Shown in pieces: positions 45,748 through 58,900 of a DNA stretch of 64,000 bases. The position numbers and the translations under genes are program-made. Source of the DNA: a virus; the IMG/VR virus record IMGVR_UViG_3300045125_000040, positions 1-64,000 of that record; one strand, written 5' to 3'. The notes under the pieces are model-generated. The model ran no database searches. It worked only from the letters and a program-made list of their open reading frames with translations, and was not told the origin of the DNA. How positions within the stretch are numbered: position 1 is the first letter of the stretch; every line of letters starts with the position of its first letter.

Positions 45748-47236
45748 AGACGCTTTTAAAGAACAAGGCAAAAAGAACATCTTTCATCATAAGAATGTTC
45801 TTGAACAAGAAAAGCCTAAACTAAAAGATCCAAAGTATGCAGATGCTCCTTTTGTCGATGCAGACCAAGGTAAAAAAGTTGATGATATTAGAGAAAAATT
45901 AGCAAAAAATGCTGAAAAACCAACATCAGCTTCTGCTGATAAAAAGGATGATCAACTTCCACAAATAATGCAAAAAGTTGATCCTCAGAAAAAGCTCAAG
46001 TTATTCCTGAGATGTATCAGCAAATGCAGCAGCTTAAAAATATACTAAATGCTGGCGCTGCATCTGGTGGAGGTGGTGGTGGTGGAGGTCAACAACAAAA
46101 TGATCAGGAAATCCTATTGTAGGAAATTCTGTCGTAACTAGTGTTTTAGATGATGCTTTAGCAGGAGCATTTGTTAATTTAAGTAAACTGACTCCTTTTA
46201 CTAATGTTATTAGTATTATACTTTCTGTTTTGGATAATGGTGGATTAGCAAAGATAAATTCTTTATATCAACAGACAGTTATAAATGCAACTTTAAATTT
46301 TATCAGACTTGCATTGTATTATGGACCTAATGATATTCCTGTTACGGCTTATCAATTAGTTCCAAATGCATCAACTACCGCTACACCATATAATGTTGTT
46401 GAATATTCCTGAAGTCCCATCAATGTATGTTAGACAATGAGGTATGTTTTAGAGTCTAATCCATATCCTTCATACATTACATGGTTATCACCTGATGGTA
46501 ATACCAAATTATATACTTTAAACGAATCATATTATTATTTTGAAACATCTTCACAGGAAATATATTATACTGTTGAATCTGGTTTAACTGAAGACCTTAA
46601 AAAATATTTTGTTTATGATTTAACCATTCAGCAAATTTTTACACTAACTCCAGAAATTCTTAGTGATATTTTAGACAAATATGCTCTTATCATAGAAAAG
46701 TATAATATTGATGTAAGTCTTGGTAAAGATGTTGGTGATGGAATTGCACAAGATTCTCAGAATTTAAATAACCAAAACCAACAAGGCGGTGGTGGCGGCG
46801 GTTCTGGTATTGGTCAAATGATGGGTATGCTTCAAGGCATGTTAGGAGGTCAAATTAAAAGACCATATGCAAAACATAATGCAAAAACAATTACCAAAAT
46901 CAGTTAATGATACACAGAAAATTAATAAAAACATACAGCTGTCCACACAAGATATGGCTAATAATAAAAAAAGCCGGTGATTCTATTGAAAAAATGTTTG
47001 GTATGGATTCCAATGGCGGTCTTGGTGGAATGAACATGCAAGGAATTATGCAAGGATTTCAATCTGGGGGCGGCGGGTCTTCTGGTGGTAATTCTGGTGG
47101 TGGAGGTTCTGGTGGCGGCGGTGGTGGCGCTGGTTCTGGCGTTCCTTCAGGTCAAGGACCATATACAGGTGGGGATGTTTCTTCAAGTGGTCTTGTACAA
47201 ATTCAATCTCTATTATCATTGTTAGGCGTATCATAA
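45740..47236 (+). CDS. Gly/Gln/Met-rich hypothetical baseplate-region protein, frameshifted
   Basis: Consecutive ORF fragments with poly-Gly tracts between the gp5 N- and C-parts. Confidence 0.5.
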
Positions 47237-48086
47237 TGGCTAATAAAGACACTAATAAAAAAATACATAAAGATGCTATTAGCAGAGATAAAGTAAATCC
47301 AAAATATGGGTTTGTTTATGGAGAATGGTTTGAATGTGGTGAGTCACCATTTTAAATATGAAAATGCAGACGAGCCAGAAAAGTTCTTTCAACAAAAAGT
47401 AACAGCATCTGGTAGCTATAAGCATACAGCATATGATAAAGATGATAAAGAACATATTGGTCAATTTGATGCGGGTGAAGTAAGAGCATATACTCAAAGG
47501 AGGTCGTTCAGATCAATTTGATGGTCATTTAGATTTGAATGCAGAACTATCAGGAAAGAGAAGAATACGGTAAAGATCATGGATTTGCATGTAAAAATGA
47601 ATCATACAATGCCGTTGGTGGACAAAGACACGTTGTATCAAAAAAGGTAAAACTACTGCTATCGCCGGTAGTTCATTAGAACATAATGTAAATTATAATG
47701 GTGCTACTACTAGTAGTCGTAATAAAGGTGATAGTTGGTCTCATACAGACGGACATACGGCTTCTTATACTACAAAATCTAATATTCAATATACGGAAGA
47801 AGAAGATTCTAGATATACCGGTGGCAATTATGATAGGTATGTTGATAAAAAATATCACGTGTATTCAAAAGATGCTTATATAGCAAATACAGATAGTACT
47901 TTTAATACTTGGTCAAAACAAGACATGACCATGCAAACTGATGCTAAAGGTAATTTTAAATCAAAAAGTGATATGACAATTGAAAGTGATTCTAAGATTA
48001 CTATTAAAGTTGGTGGATCTAGTGTGGTTATAGAAAGCGGATCAATCACTATTAAATCCTCACAGATTAAATTTGAACAAGGTTAA
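47236..48086 (+). CDS. gp5 C-terminal beta-helix spike-like protein, frameshifted
   Basis: PKY.F.YG..HHF start; ends with beta-repeat DMTIESDSKITIKVGGSSVVIESGSITIKS; followed by PAAR. Confidence 0.6.
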
Positions 48087-48093
48087 ATAGTAA

Positions 48094-48382
48094 ATGGCAT
48101 ATGCACATAGACAAGACGACCAAAGATCTTGTGGAGCCACTACAGTTGTTACCGGACAATCATTTGTTTACTATAGATGGAAAATTATGGGCAGTTGAGA
48201 ATGATGAAAACACTCATGGCGGGGGCGGATTGATAGCTTCTAAAAGTTATATTAAAATTGGTGGTAAATCTGTTATTGTTCAAAATGATAGCGCAAATCA
48301 GGACAATTTATGTCCTTCTGCCGGTGGTGAACATTGTAATCCAAAAGCTACTGGATTCAGTAGTTTAATAGACGTAGCATAG
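48094..48382 (+). CDS. PAAR spike-tip protein (gp5.4-like)
   Basis: AHRQDD..CGA, VENDENTHGGGGL, IGGKSV, LCP..GGEHCNP. Confidence 0.8.
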
Positions 48383-48391
48383 AGAAGATAA

Positions 48392-48831
48392 ATGGCAACT
48401 TTACCAACAAGAGCAGATACTTTAACAGGCACTAAAAAACAATTAGAATTTTTTTCTGATTTCAATAATAATTTCACTAAAACACCATATCGGCAATCAA
48501 CTTGCTAGAGTGACAAACGTTGAATCTATCAATCAGTCTTTAAGAAATCTAATCAAAAACAAATCTTGGTGAGAGGCTATTCCAGCCTTTTGTTGGTTCT
48601 GACATTTATGCGTCGTTATTTGAGAACAACACCAGTGATTACATGGATTTACTTGAAATGTTTATCACTAATACAATTAATAATAACGAACCTAGAGTAA
48701 AATTAATACAGGTAGATGTAGCACAGACATCAGGATTTAATGAAAATGAGATTGAAATAAACATACAATATTATGTTATAAATAATCCAGAATCCTGTAA
48801 CTCTTACCGTAATATTAAAAGAGTCCGCTAA
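48392..48831 (+). CDS. 25: baseplate wedge subunit gp25, frameshifted
   Basis: FSDF, SINQSLRNLI, GERLFQPFVGSDIYASLFE, INNNEPRV. Confidence 0.88.
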
Positions 48832-50656
48832 ATGGCTAATAATTCATTAAATTTAAGTTCTTTAGATTTTGATACTTTAAAGGGAAACTTTAAAGATTAT
48901 CTAAAAAATCAATCAGTATTCAAAGATTATAATTTTGATGGATCTAATATTAATGTCCTGTTGGATATTATGGCGTATAACTCATATTTAAATTCGTTTT
49001 ATTTAAATATGGTTGCCTCAGAAATGTTTTTAGATTCTGCTCAAAAATATGAATCTGTTATTTCTCATGCTAAAGAACTTAATTACGCACCAAGAAGTGC
49101 TCATGCTGCGGTATCTAATGTATCTTTTACAGCTGAAACCATTGGTCTTAATGGTAAATTAACTGTCCCTAAAGGCACCAGATTTTTTGGTTATAACTCA
49201 AATGGTTATTATAGTTTTGTAACCGGATCAGTCCACCTCATATATTTCTGCAAACAATACATATGTTATTGATAATCTTCAAATTAATGAAGGAACTTAT
49301 TTTCAAGATTCTTTCATTATGGATTATGATAATGAAACACAAAGATTTGTTTTATCAAATCAAAATGTAGATACCACTAGCATAACAGTTACAGTCATAT
49401 GGAAGATGGTATAGGAAATACAGTTTTTACCAAAAGAGATACTCTTTTTGGTTTAAATGACAAGTCAGAAATTTATTTTTTACAGGGCGCAGAAAGTAAT
49501 AAGTATGAAGTTGTTTTTGGTGATGGTCTTTTTGGAAGAAAGCCAATAAATGGGTCTACTATTACTGTTAACTACATAGTTACAAATGGTTCTGATGGTA
49601 ATGGTGTTGATAATTTTACATTAAGTGACGATTTAGCAGCCACTAATGGCGGAACTGTTAATGTTAATGATATAACTGTTGTAACCAATTCAGAAAATGG
49701 TGCTAATCCAGGAATCATTAGAATCTATAAGATTTTCTCTGCTCCTAGATATTTCGCTACCCAACAAAGAGCCGTATCATCAGATGATTATGCTTCATTG
49801 GTTGCAACTTCAAATTTGGTGGACAAATTGAGGATGTCGTCATTTATGGTGGTCAAGAACTTGAACCAAAATTATATGGAAGAGTAATCGTATCCGTGAA
49901 GCCATCAGGTTCTACTATTGCTCCTGAATATTTAAAAACAGAAATAGTTAATTATTTACAAGATTATATTGCCCTTCCAAATCGTGTTAAAGTGTCTGAT
50001 CCTGATTATTTTTATATAAAAATAATGACAAATGTTCAGTATAATGTAAAACTTGGAAATAAAACATTACCAGAAGTATCAGGATTAGTTCTAAATGGTG
50101 TTTCAAATTTTAGTGCGAATCATTTAGAAAAATTTGGAAATGATTTTAGATATAGTCGTTTAGTAACGCATATTGATAATACAGATATAAACGTAACAAG
50201 TAATGATACTAAAGTATATCTTGTTAAAAGATTAAGTCCTGTATTAAATTATGCTACTTCTTTCGATATTCAATTTAATAATAGAGCAGAACAAGAAGGT
50301 GTATATAACGGAGTTGCTTATCCAGATGAGAGAGTTTTATCTAGTTCATCATTTACATATGTAGATTCTAATGATATTCTATGGCCACTATCTTTTCTTG
50401 AAGATGATGCTTTAGGTAATGTAATCTGTATTTACTTATGTGAATGGCAGTAAATATATTATTAACAGTAATATAGGAACTATTGATTATGTTACTGGAA
50501 GAGTAATTATTACAAACCTTAAAACATCAGAATATGTTAATAATATATCTTTATATCTTTCAACCTTAAATAAAGATATTATTGCTTCAAAAAATATGAT
50601 TTTAATTATTGATCCAAATGATGTAACAGTAAATGTAATAGAAACTGTAAAAGTAA
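48832..50656 (+). CDS. 6: baseplate wedge subunit gp6, frameshifted
   Basis: LDFDTLKGNFKDYLKNQSVFKDYNFDGSNINVLLDIMAYN; FGDGLFGRKP; QQRAVSSDDY; FRYSRL; GTIDYVTG. Confidence 0.92.
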
Positions 50657-50657
50657 A

Positions 50658-52966
50658 ATGGATTTTTATATAGAAAAATATATATCTAATTTCGTACAAA
50701 ATCAGTTCCTCAATTCTATCATGAAGAGGGCGAGAACTTCATATTGTTTATGAAGGCATATTACGAATGGATGGAAGAAACAGGTAATCCAGTCAGAGAA
50801 TCAAGAGAACTCTTAGATTATAGAGATATTGATAATACTCTGGAAAATTTTTGGAATATTTTCAGAAAAAATATCTTTATGGTATTCCATTCAATGTAAT
50901 TGTCAATAAAAGATTCCTATTAAAGCATATTCTTGATGTATATCGCTCGAAAGGCACTATTCAGTGTTATAAACTTTTATTTAAATTAATCTACAACGAA
51001 GATGTGGATGTATATCTTCCTGGAAAAGACATACTAAGAGTTTCTGATGGTATATGGATACAACCAAGATATCTAGAAGTAACCAATTCAGAAAATATTT
51101 ATTCTTTACAGGGAAAACTTATTATAGGATTGTCTTCAAAAACAACAGCTGTTGTTGAAAACGTAATTGTTGAGCCTGTTAATAACAACATAGTTTATAA
51201 AATTTTTATTACAAATATATCACCAAAAGGCGGTGATTTTATTGTTGGTGAAAGAATTGTAGAAGAAGTTTATAAAGAAAATCAAACCGTTATTTCTAAA
51301 TCTCCTATTATTATGGGATCTTTAGATAGGATTGATATTTATAACAGCGGTATTGAATTTAATATTGGTGATATTCTAAAGATAGCATCTAAAGACGTTG
51401 ATACTGGAGAAAATATCTCTTTCGGTAGAGAAGGATATTTAAAAGTCATTTCTCTTTTCCGTGGTTATGGGTCTTTAAATTTTAATTTAAAGAATGGTGG
51501 ATTTGGATTTGCAGCGAATTCTAATATATTCTTATATAAAAGTCTTTTAGATACCACAGGACAAAGGTGCTGAATTTAAATTAAAATTAGCAGATACTCA
51601 GAATTTAGTTTACAATACAGATCCTTTAATTGGATATCTAGATTTAACTTTAGATGCTACTTCTTATGGATTACCAGGTAATACTTCAGCGAATCTTACA
51701 TCAAATATTGGAAGTGCATTAACTTTTGCTAATAATACTTTTGGTAGAATAGCTGCTTTAAGAAACGTAAAGACAGGAAATGGTTATATAGCTCCTGCAA
51801 ATGTTTTTGTTAGATCTGTGATAACTTCCAAGAATTTGGTTGGAACCGTAACATACAATACAACAAATAATGAAGTAACTCTGATAGGAAACAACTTTAG
51901 CAATATGTTTGCTAATAATGATGTTATGTATTTACAAGCAAATAGTTCAGATGCAAATACATTTGAATTATCCGTAATCAAACAAGTTGTTAATTCTAGT
52001 GTTATACGATTATTCAAATATCCTTCACGTAATTCCACTGCAACCGCAGTATATGGAATAGCTCCTGTTATATTACCATCTCAATTTGCAAACACTGAAA
52101 GTATTATGTATAGACTTGATGGAACTATAAATGGTAAAAATGAAACAATTATCGCTCTCAATTCTAGTGGAAATAATATTGTTGAAACAGTTACTGCTGT
52201 TAGTTCCGGTGCGGCATATGTGGACGGTGAAGATGTAATTGCTTATAGATATGGAATTTTGAATATACCTACCATTGTTAGTGGTGGTGTTGGGTATTCT
52301 AATGGTGATGCTTTAATTTTTGCAGGAGGACTGACAGATACTCCCGCCAGAGGATCAATTTTAACAAATGCTAGTGGAACTATCACTTCTGTAAATACAG
52401 CAACAGGTGCCTGGTTTGGTGGAACTGGTTATAAAGTGGTCCCTCAAGTCACTGTTAGAAGTTCAAATGGTTCAGGCGCAGTACTAACCACAAGCTTCAT
52501 TGAGTATGATACTAGCACAGAAGTAAGAGGAATTGTAAGAAAAACTGGTATAGGAAGAGGATTTGGATTCTGGGCTTCTAATGATGGTAAATTAAACGAA
52601 GACAAGTATATTCAGGACAGCTATTATTATCAAGATTATTCTTATGAGCTTCGTGCTCCTATTGCTTTAGAAAAATATAAAAATATTCTATATAATACGT
52701 TCCATTCATCTGGAAGTGAATTATTTGGAAGATATGATACTTTAATAAATGAAATCCAAAATATTCATGTTTTATATGATCAAAATACAGCAAATACGAA
52801 TCAATTTACATATTTAACCGCAGATTTATCAACTCCAGTTGTTACTTGTGATTCAGGCCGAATAAAGGTTAGTGAATACATATATGCCAATAATTATCTA
52901 GGAGTTGATATAAATACAATAAATTGTAGCAATGCTACTCTAAGGGTAGATAGAATTTACGAATAA
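50658..52966 (+). CDS. 7: baseplate wedge initiator gp7-like, frameshifted
   Basis: FMKAYYEWME, YRSKGT..LLFKLIYNE..YLP..LRVSDG, YIQDSYYYQDYSYEL..HSSG..FG. Confidence 0.82.
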
Positions 52967-52977
52967 AGGGGAAAACT

Positions 52978-53560
52978 GTGACAAAACAAACAATTGGCGT
53001 AGGCACAGCAGCAAATGATGGAACCGGCGATCCTTTAAGAGACGCCATGATTAAGGTAAATGCGAATTTTACAGAATTATATACTGATGCTTTTCCATCA
53101 AATACGGTAAGTGTTCGGAAATTCATCAGTTAATGCTGTTATAAATTCTACTTCCATGGTTTTTGCGAATGCATCAAGTAGAATAAGTGTTGGGAATTCT
53201 TCAAGTAATGCGGTGACAAATTCTACCGGATTTTATACTACCCATACTATCAGCGGCGCAAATGCTACTCTGAGCACTAATACCTTTACTCTTGGAACTT
53301 CTACAGCAGCTTCTAATGGATATACTTGGCTACCAAATGGTCTTAAATTAAATTGGGGATGGATATCTGCTAATAGTACAAACGGAAATGCCACATTTAA
53401 TTCAGCCTTTGATAACTGCTTGTTATACTGTAACAGCTACAAGTAATACACCAGTTAGTACATATCAAGCTGGTGTGACCGGAACTATACTACGGTTGCA
53501 CTTATAAGAACAGCTAATGTAACGTCAACAAATGTGTTTTATATGGCAATAGGTAAATAA
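52978..53560 (+). CDS. baseplate/fibre protein with T4 gp9/gp10-type N-terminus, frameshifted
   Basis: KQTIGVGTAANDGTGDPLRDAMIKVNANFTELY; C-terminal NGYTWLPNGLKLNWG..FYMAIG; late promoter at 52909-52916. Confidence 0.7.
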
Positions 53561-55097
53561 TGGGAAAATTACTTCCGTATTATAAAAAAGCATTAATTGA
53601 TGAATTATTAGATAATGTTTCTGCAAACGATTCTTATTATTATGCTTTTGGAGCAAATCCTATTGCTTATGCTGGTGATCCTCCAGCAATAGCTAATACA
53701 GATTATCAAGATTTGTTTATTAATAACTGGCAACTATTATTCGGTAAAAAATTAAATAAAACCAATTTTGCTGCTGTTATTGATAATAATCAATGGTCAT
53801 CTAATACAATATACAGAAGATATGATAACACTGATAATGAACTATATTCAAACAATCTTTTTTATGTTATATCACCTCCAGATTATATCGGAGGAAATTA
53901 TAATATCTATAAATGCATAGATAATGCTAACGGATTACCATCAACAATAAAACCAAATCAAATACAATATACTACATTCGAAACAGCAGATGGTTATAAA
54001 TGGAGATATTTGACTTCTGTTACATATCTTCAATACAAAATTGTTTTCTTCTGACGAATATGCTCCTGTTTTTTCTAACAATATTATATCTTTATATTCA
54101 GGATTATATTCTGGTATTGATGTTGTAATGATATCAAATTCTGGGTCTGGTTATAGTACATATCATGATGGAACTGTACAATCTGTTAATTCTACTGTTA
54201 TTCAGATCGAATCTGCAAATACTAGTGGTCAAAATGGATTTTATGTAAATAGTTCAATTTATTTGTATAATACTATTGATACAACGGGACAGTTATTTGG
54301 TATAACACAGTTTATTTCAAATAGTGTTGGTAAATGGGTGTATTTGGATGGTGAGGCAAATACTGATAATATTCTACCTAATTCATCATTATATAAAATT
54401 TCACCAAAAATAGTCTTTACATCAGATGGTAACACTCAACCAAAAGCATATAGTGTAGTAAACACATCAACAAATTCTATTTCGGAAGTTGTTATTTTGG
54501 ACACGGGTTCTGATATAACGTGGTGTAATGTTCATGTAGAGGCAGCTTTTGGTTCTGGATCGAATCTTTATGCTATTGTTCCACCTCCAGGAGGACACGG
54601 TTATGATGCTATATCTGAACTAAATGTAAAAGGATTGTCTATACAATTTAATTTTGCTAATAATGAAGGTGATACAATTTTCACCTCTAATGTTGTTTAT
54701 AATAAAATAGGAATTATTAAAAATCCATATTCTTTGAATGCGAATAATACTAAAGGAAACAAATTCACATCAAATACTTTTAGTCAATTACTCAAGGCCA
54801 ATGTTTCATCACCTACTGTTTTTGCTAATGGTGATTATGTTGTTGGAAATACATCAGGAGCTATTTGGTACAGTTGTGTTTTCTAACACAACACAGTTGT
54901 ATTTGACAGGCGATAGTAATTTTTCTAATGGTGAATTTGTTAAATCTAGTAATAATTCAGTTTCCGCTCAAATAGACATTAAAGAGCTTGGTGATCTTTA
55001 TATTAAAAACCAAAGACCTCTTTATATTGAAAACATAAATAATGTGAACAGATCTAATACACAAACAGAATCATTTAAACTGATAATTCAGATTTAA
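53560..55097 (+). CDS. 8: baseplate wedge subunit gp8, frameshifted
   Basis: WSSNTIYRRYD, FYV..YNIYKCIDN, TADGYKWRYL, PPGGHGYDAISEL, IGIIKNP, QTESFKLIIQI. Confidence 0.88.
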
Positions 55098-55111
55098 AAT
55101 AGGAATTAATA

Positions 55112-58100
55112 ATGCCTTTAAATACAGATTTTAATGTTTCACCATATTTTGATGATTATGTTGAGACAAAAAATTATCATAAAATTCTTTTTAGACCATC
55201 TGTTGCCGTTCAAGCTCGTGAATTAACTCAGCTTCAGACAATACTTCAGAATCAAATTGAAAGATATGGTAATTGGGCATTTAAAAACGGGGATATTGTT
55301 TCTGGTTGTGCAGTTTATGATTTACAATCAGTTCCTTATGTAAGATTAGCGGATTTTGCATCAAACGGTTCTGCAAACACATCACCTTTAGATGTTAGAG
55401 ATTATATTAATGCGGTTGCCACTAGTGTTAGTTCTGGTTTAAAAGCAAAAGTAGTATATGCAAATGCAGGATTTACAACTAATTATCCAGACACAAATAT
55501 TCTTTACGTTAATTATATCAATACTGGTATAAATGGCGAGCAAAAAGTTTTCTAATAGTGAATTACTTAGATTTGATATGGTTGATATAGCAGGTAATAC
55601 TGCGTTATCTAATGTTTATACAATAGCAAACACAAATCCTGCACAAGTAGCTACTGGAAATGCACATGGTGTAACAGTCACTGAAGGTGTTATCTTTATC
55701 AATGGTAATTTTGTAAGAGTTAGTAATTCGACATTTGGTCTTGTTAATAATTTTGGGACTTATGCCGGAAATAATGTTGTTGGTTTCATATTAGATGAAG
55801 AAGTCATAACAGAAAATCAAGATGATACTTTATTAGATAATGCTCTTGGGTATAGTAATGAAAATGCGCCTGGTGCTCACAGATTAAAACTAACTCCAAG
55901 AATAATTTCTCTTGATCCTACTACAGCCGCTAACACAAAAGGATTTAATCCTGTCGGTGCATATAATTATGGTGAATTTGTCACTAAATCTTCTGTAGGT
56001 GCAAATTTATATTCTATTGTAGGTGATGTTGTAGCAAGAAGAACATATGAAGAATCTGGTAATTATGTTGTAAATCCGTTTTTAGTAGATACTATTACAT
56101 CTGCTGGTAATACAAGTGAAATTCAAGCTGCTAATTCTAATTATGTTTTAGGAAGAGTATCTCCTGGTTTAGGATATGCACAAGGTAAAAGAGTAGAATT
56201 ACTTAAAACTTCATATATCAATATGCGTCGTGGTATTGATACAGAGACTAGAAAATCACAGCAAATTAGTTTTGGATATGGTAATTATTTTGTTCTAAAT
56301 GAAGTTTCTGGATCTTTTGATTTTACTAAAGCAGAAACTGTAAAATTATATGATACTCCTCAAAAGCTGTAACTAATAAAACTTTTAATAATACTCCTCC
56401 AACCGGTAATAATATTGGCACAGCATTATTACGTTGTTTCAGTTTTTCATCCGGAACTCCTGGTACTAATAATGCTTTATATTATTTACATATTTTTAAT
56501 ATAAGTTTAGACCCAAAATATAACACTAATCAAATTAAATCAGTATATTATGACGGAACTGTTAAAGGAATTGGTGACGTTACATCTGCAGGATTAATTG
56601 ATACCGCTAAAAAATCACAGTTATATACTTTTGGTGTTTCTGGATTAAAAAATCTAAGAGATGAATCAAATAACATTAATACAGATTATACGTATAGAAC
56701 TAAAACATCCACATCAATGGGAACGTCTGGTAATGTTACTGTAACATTAACCTCATCTGCCACTGGTGGTACTGATTATTTACCATATGGTGTTGGTGTA
56801 TTATCTGATTTTATAGCAAGTAATTCTCTTTAGTTGCTACTGCTAATGTTGATTCATCTGCTTTGACTGGGACTGTTAGTGTTAATACTACGTCAATTAA
56901 TGTTGTTGGTTCATCAACTATTTTTAATAATTATTTTAATCCAGAGCGACCAGATTAAAGTAGATGGAGCAACTCAGAACAGTAAATTCAGTAGTTAATT
57001 CTACATTTATGACTGTAGATATTCCATTTGCTTATACTAATGCATCTGCGCTTCATTATAAGAGTTATATAAAAGGTAAAATATTACCAATTATTAAAAA
57101 TATTAATGGTCCTAATGGATATATTCAAGTAACAAACACTACATCATTTACAATAGCTTCAGGACAAATACCAAGTAGTACATTAACTGTTGATGTTACA
57201 TATGACATATTAAGAACAACGACTGTACCAGCAAAAAAGAAATAAAGAGAAATAGATTTGTTAAAATTAATACAGCATCAAATCCAAAAGGACCTTGGTG
57301 TTTAGGATTTAGTGATATTTTTAATGTATCAAAAATATATGCAACAACTAATGGTACATATACAACTGCTGGTTCTGATGTAACAAATTATTTTTCATAC
57401 GACACAGGACAAAAAGATACCCATTATGACTATGGATATCTTTATTCAAAAGGCGGATATGATACAAGTAATGCTCAATTATTAGTGCAGATTGATTATT
57501 TTGTTGCTAATACATCTGCTGGAGTAGGTTTCTTTAATGTTGAGTCATATCCTATTGATGACGCTAATACAGCAAACACAAATGCTATCCAAACAAAGGA
57601 TATTCCTCTATACGTTTCTGAAAATGGTTTAAAAACACCTTTAAGAGATTATGTAGATTTTAGAACACCATCAACACCAACAGCAACAGATACCGGTGAT
57701 ATTAATACATCAAATAGTACACAGGTAACAACTGCTATATCATTAGCTTCTGTAAATCCATCTTCAACACTTTCATTAAAAATTCCAACGTCTGGTTTGA
57801 ATTTCCCATCATATGGAAAGAATTTCGAGGCAGATTATACTAGATATCTTCCAAGAAAAGATCTAGTAATGTTAACTCCTGATAATGCATTAAAAGTTAA
57901 AGAAGGTGTTTCATCTGACGCACCACAAACACCTCTTTTCCTGATAATGCTATGCCATTAGCTGTTTTAAATGTTCCTCCATATCCTTCGTTGTCAACTG
58001 ATCAAGTAGATCAATTTTTATCCATAAATCAGCGTTCAAGATCATTAGTTAGAGATACATCTACAGCAATTTCTGGTAGTATTGTGACATATCGTAGATA

Positions 58101-58889
58101 TACTATGAAAGATATTGGAACATTAGATCAAAGAATAACAAATCTTGAATATTATACACAGCTTTCTCTTTTAGAAAAGAAAGCAAAAGATTTAACTGTA
58201 ACGGATGAGAATGGACTAGATAGATTTAAAAAATGGTATTTTCGTAGATACTTTCTCTGATCGTATTTTTAGGAGATACTTCAAATCCAGAATATGCTAT
58301 TGCAATTGATACATCAAGAGGGGTTGCTAGACCAAAAATTATTAGAGAATATATAGATATTGATTTTAATAGCAGTGCTCCTTCATCAAATGTTGTTCAG
58401 ACTGGTAGATTGATTACTCTTGATTATGATGAAACATTTTTTATGTCGCAACCATATGCAACAAAATATCGTAATTCTGCTCTGGTTGCTTTTGCATGGA
58501 ATGGTAAATTGGTATTAGTACCAAACTATGATAATCATCAAGATCAGAATAATACAGGCTCTATAAATATTACTATTGATAATACTAATCCTTGGAAAGA
58601 TTTTGCTTCTGGACCATTTGGTTCGATTTGGGGTGATTGGAGAACAACTACTTCCTCTACTTCTAATACAGTAATTCAAGGAACCGCAAGAAATGTTAAT
58701 TTCAATGCAGGTCAGATTAGATTAGGAACAGGGACAACTACATGGAATCCCGCAGATGCTGCAAGAGTAATCAATGTAGTTAAACAAAGAGCAGCAGCAG
58801 CCGGTATTGACCCAAATCTAGTGGTTGGTAATTTAACTATTGTTTGGGAACGAGGTTGGGCAGGGGCCGAAAGAATAATTCAGGCGTGA
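55112..58889 (+). CDS. VrlC-like/DUF4815 large virion protein, N-terminal part, frameshifted
   Basis: FNVSPYFDDY..ILFRPSVAVQARELTQLQTILQNQIE; APGAHRLK; ARRTYEESGNY; LRDYVDFR; YLPRKD; RRYTMKDIG.L.QRI.NLEYYT.LSLLE. Confidence 0.85.
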
Positions 58890-58900
58890 GGTAATTAAAA

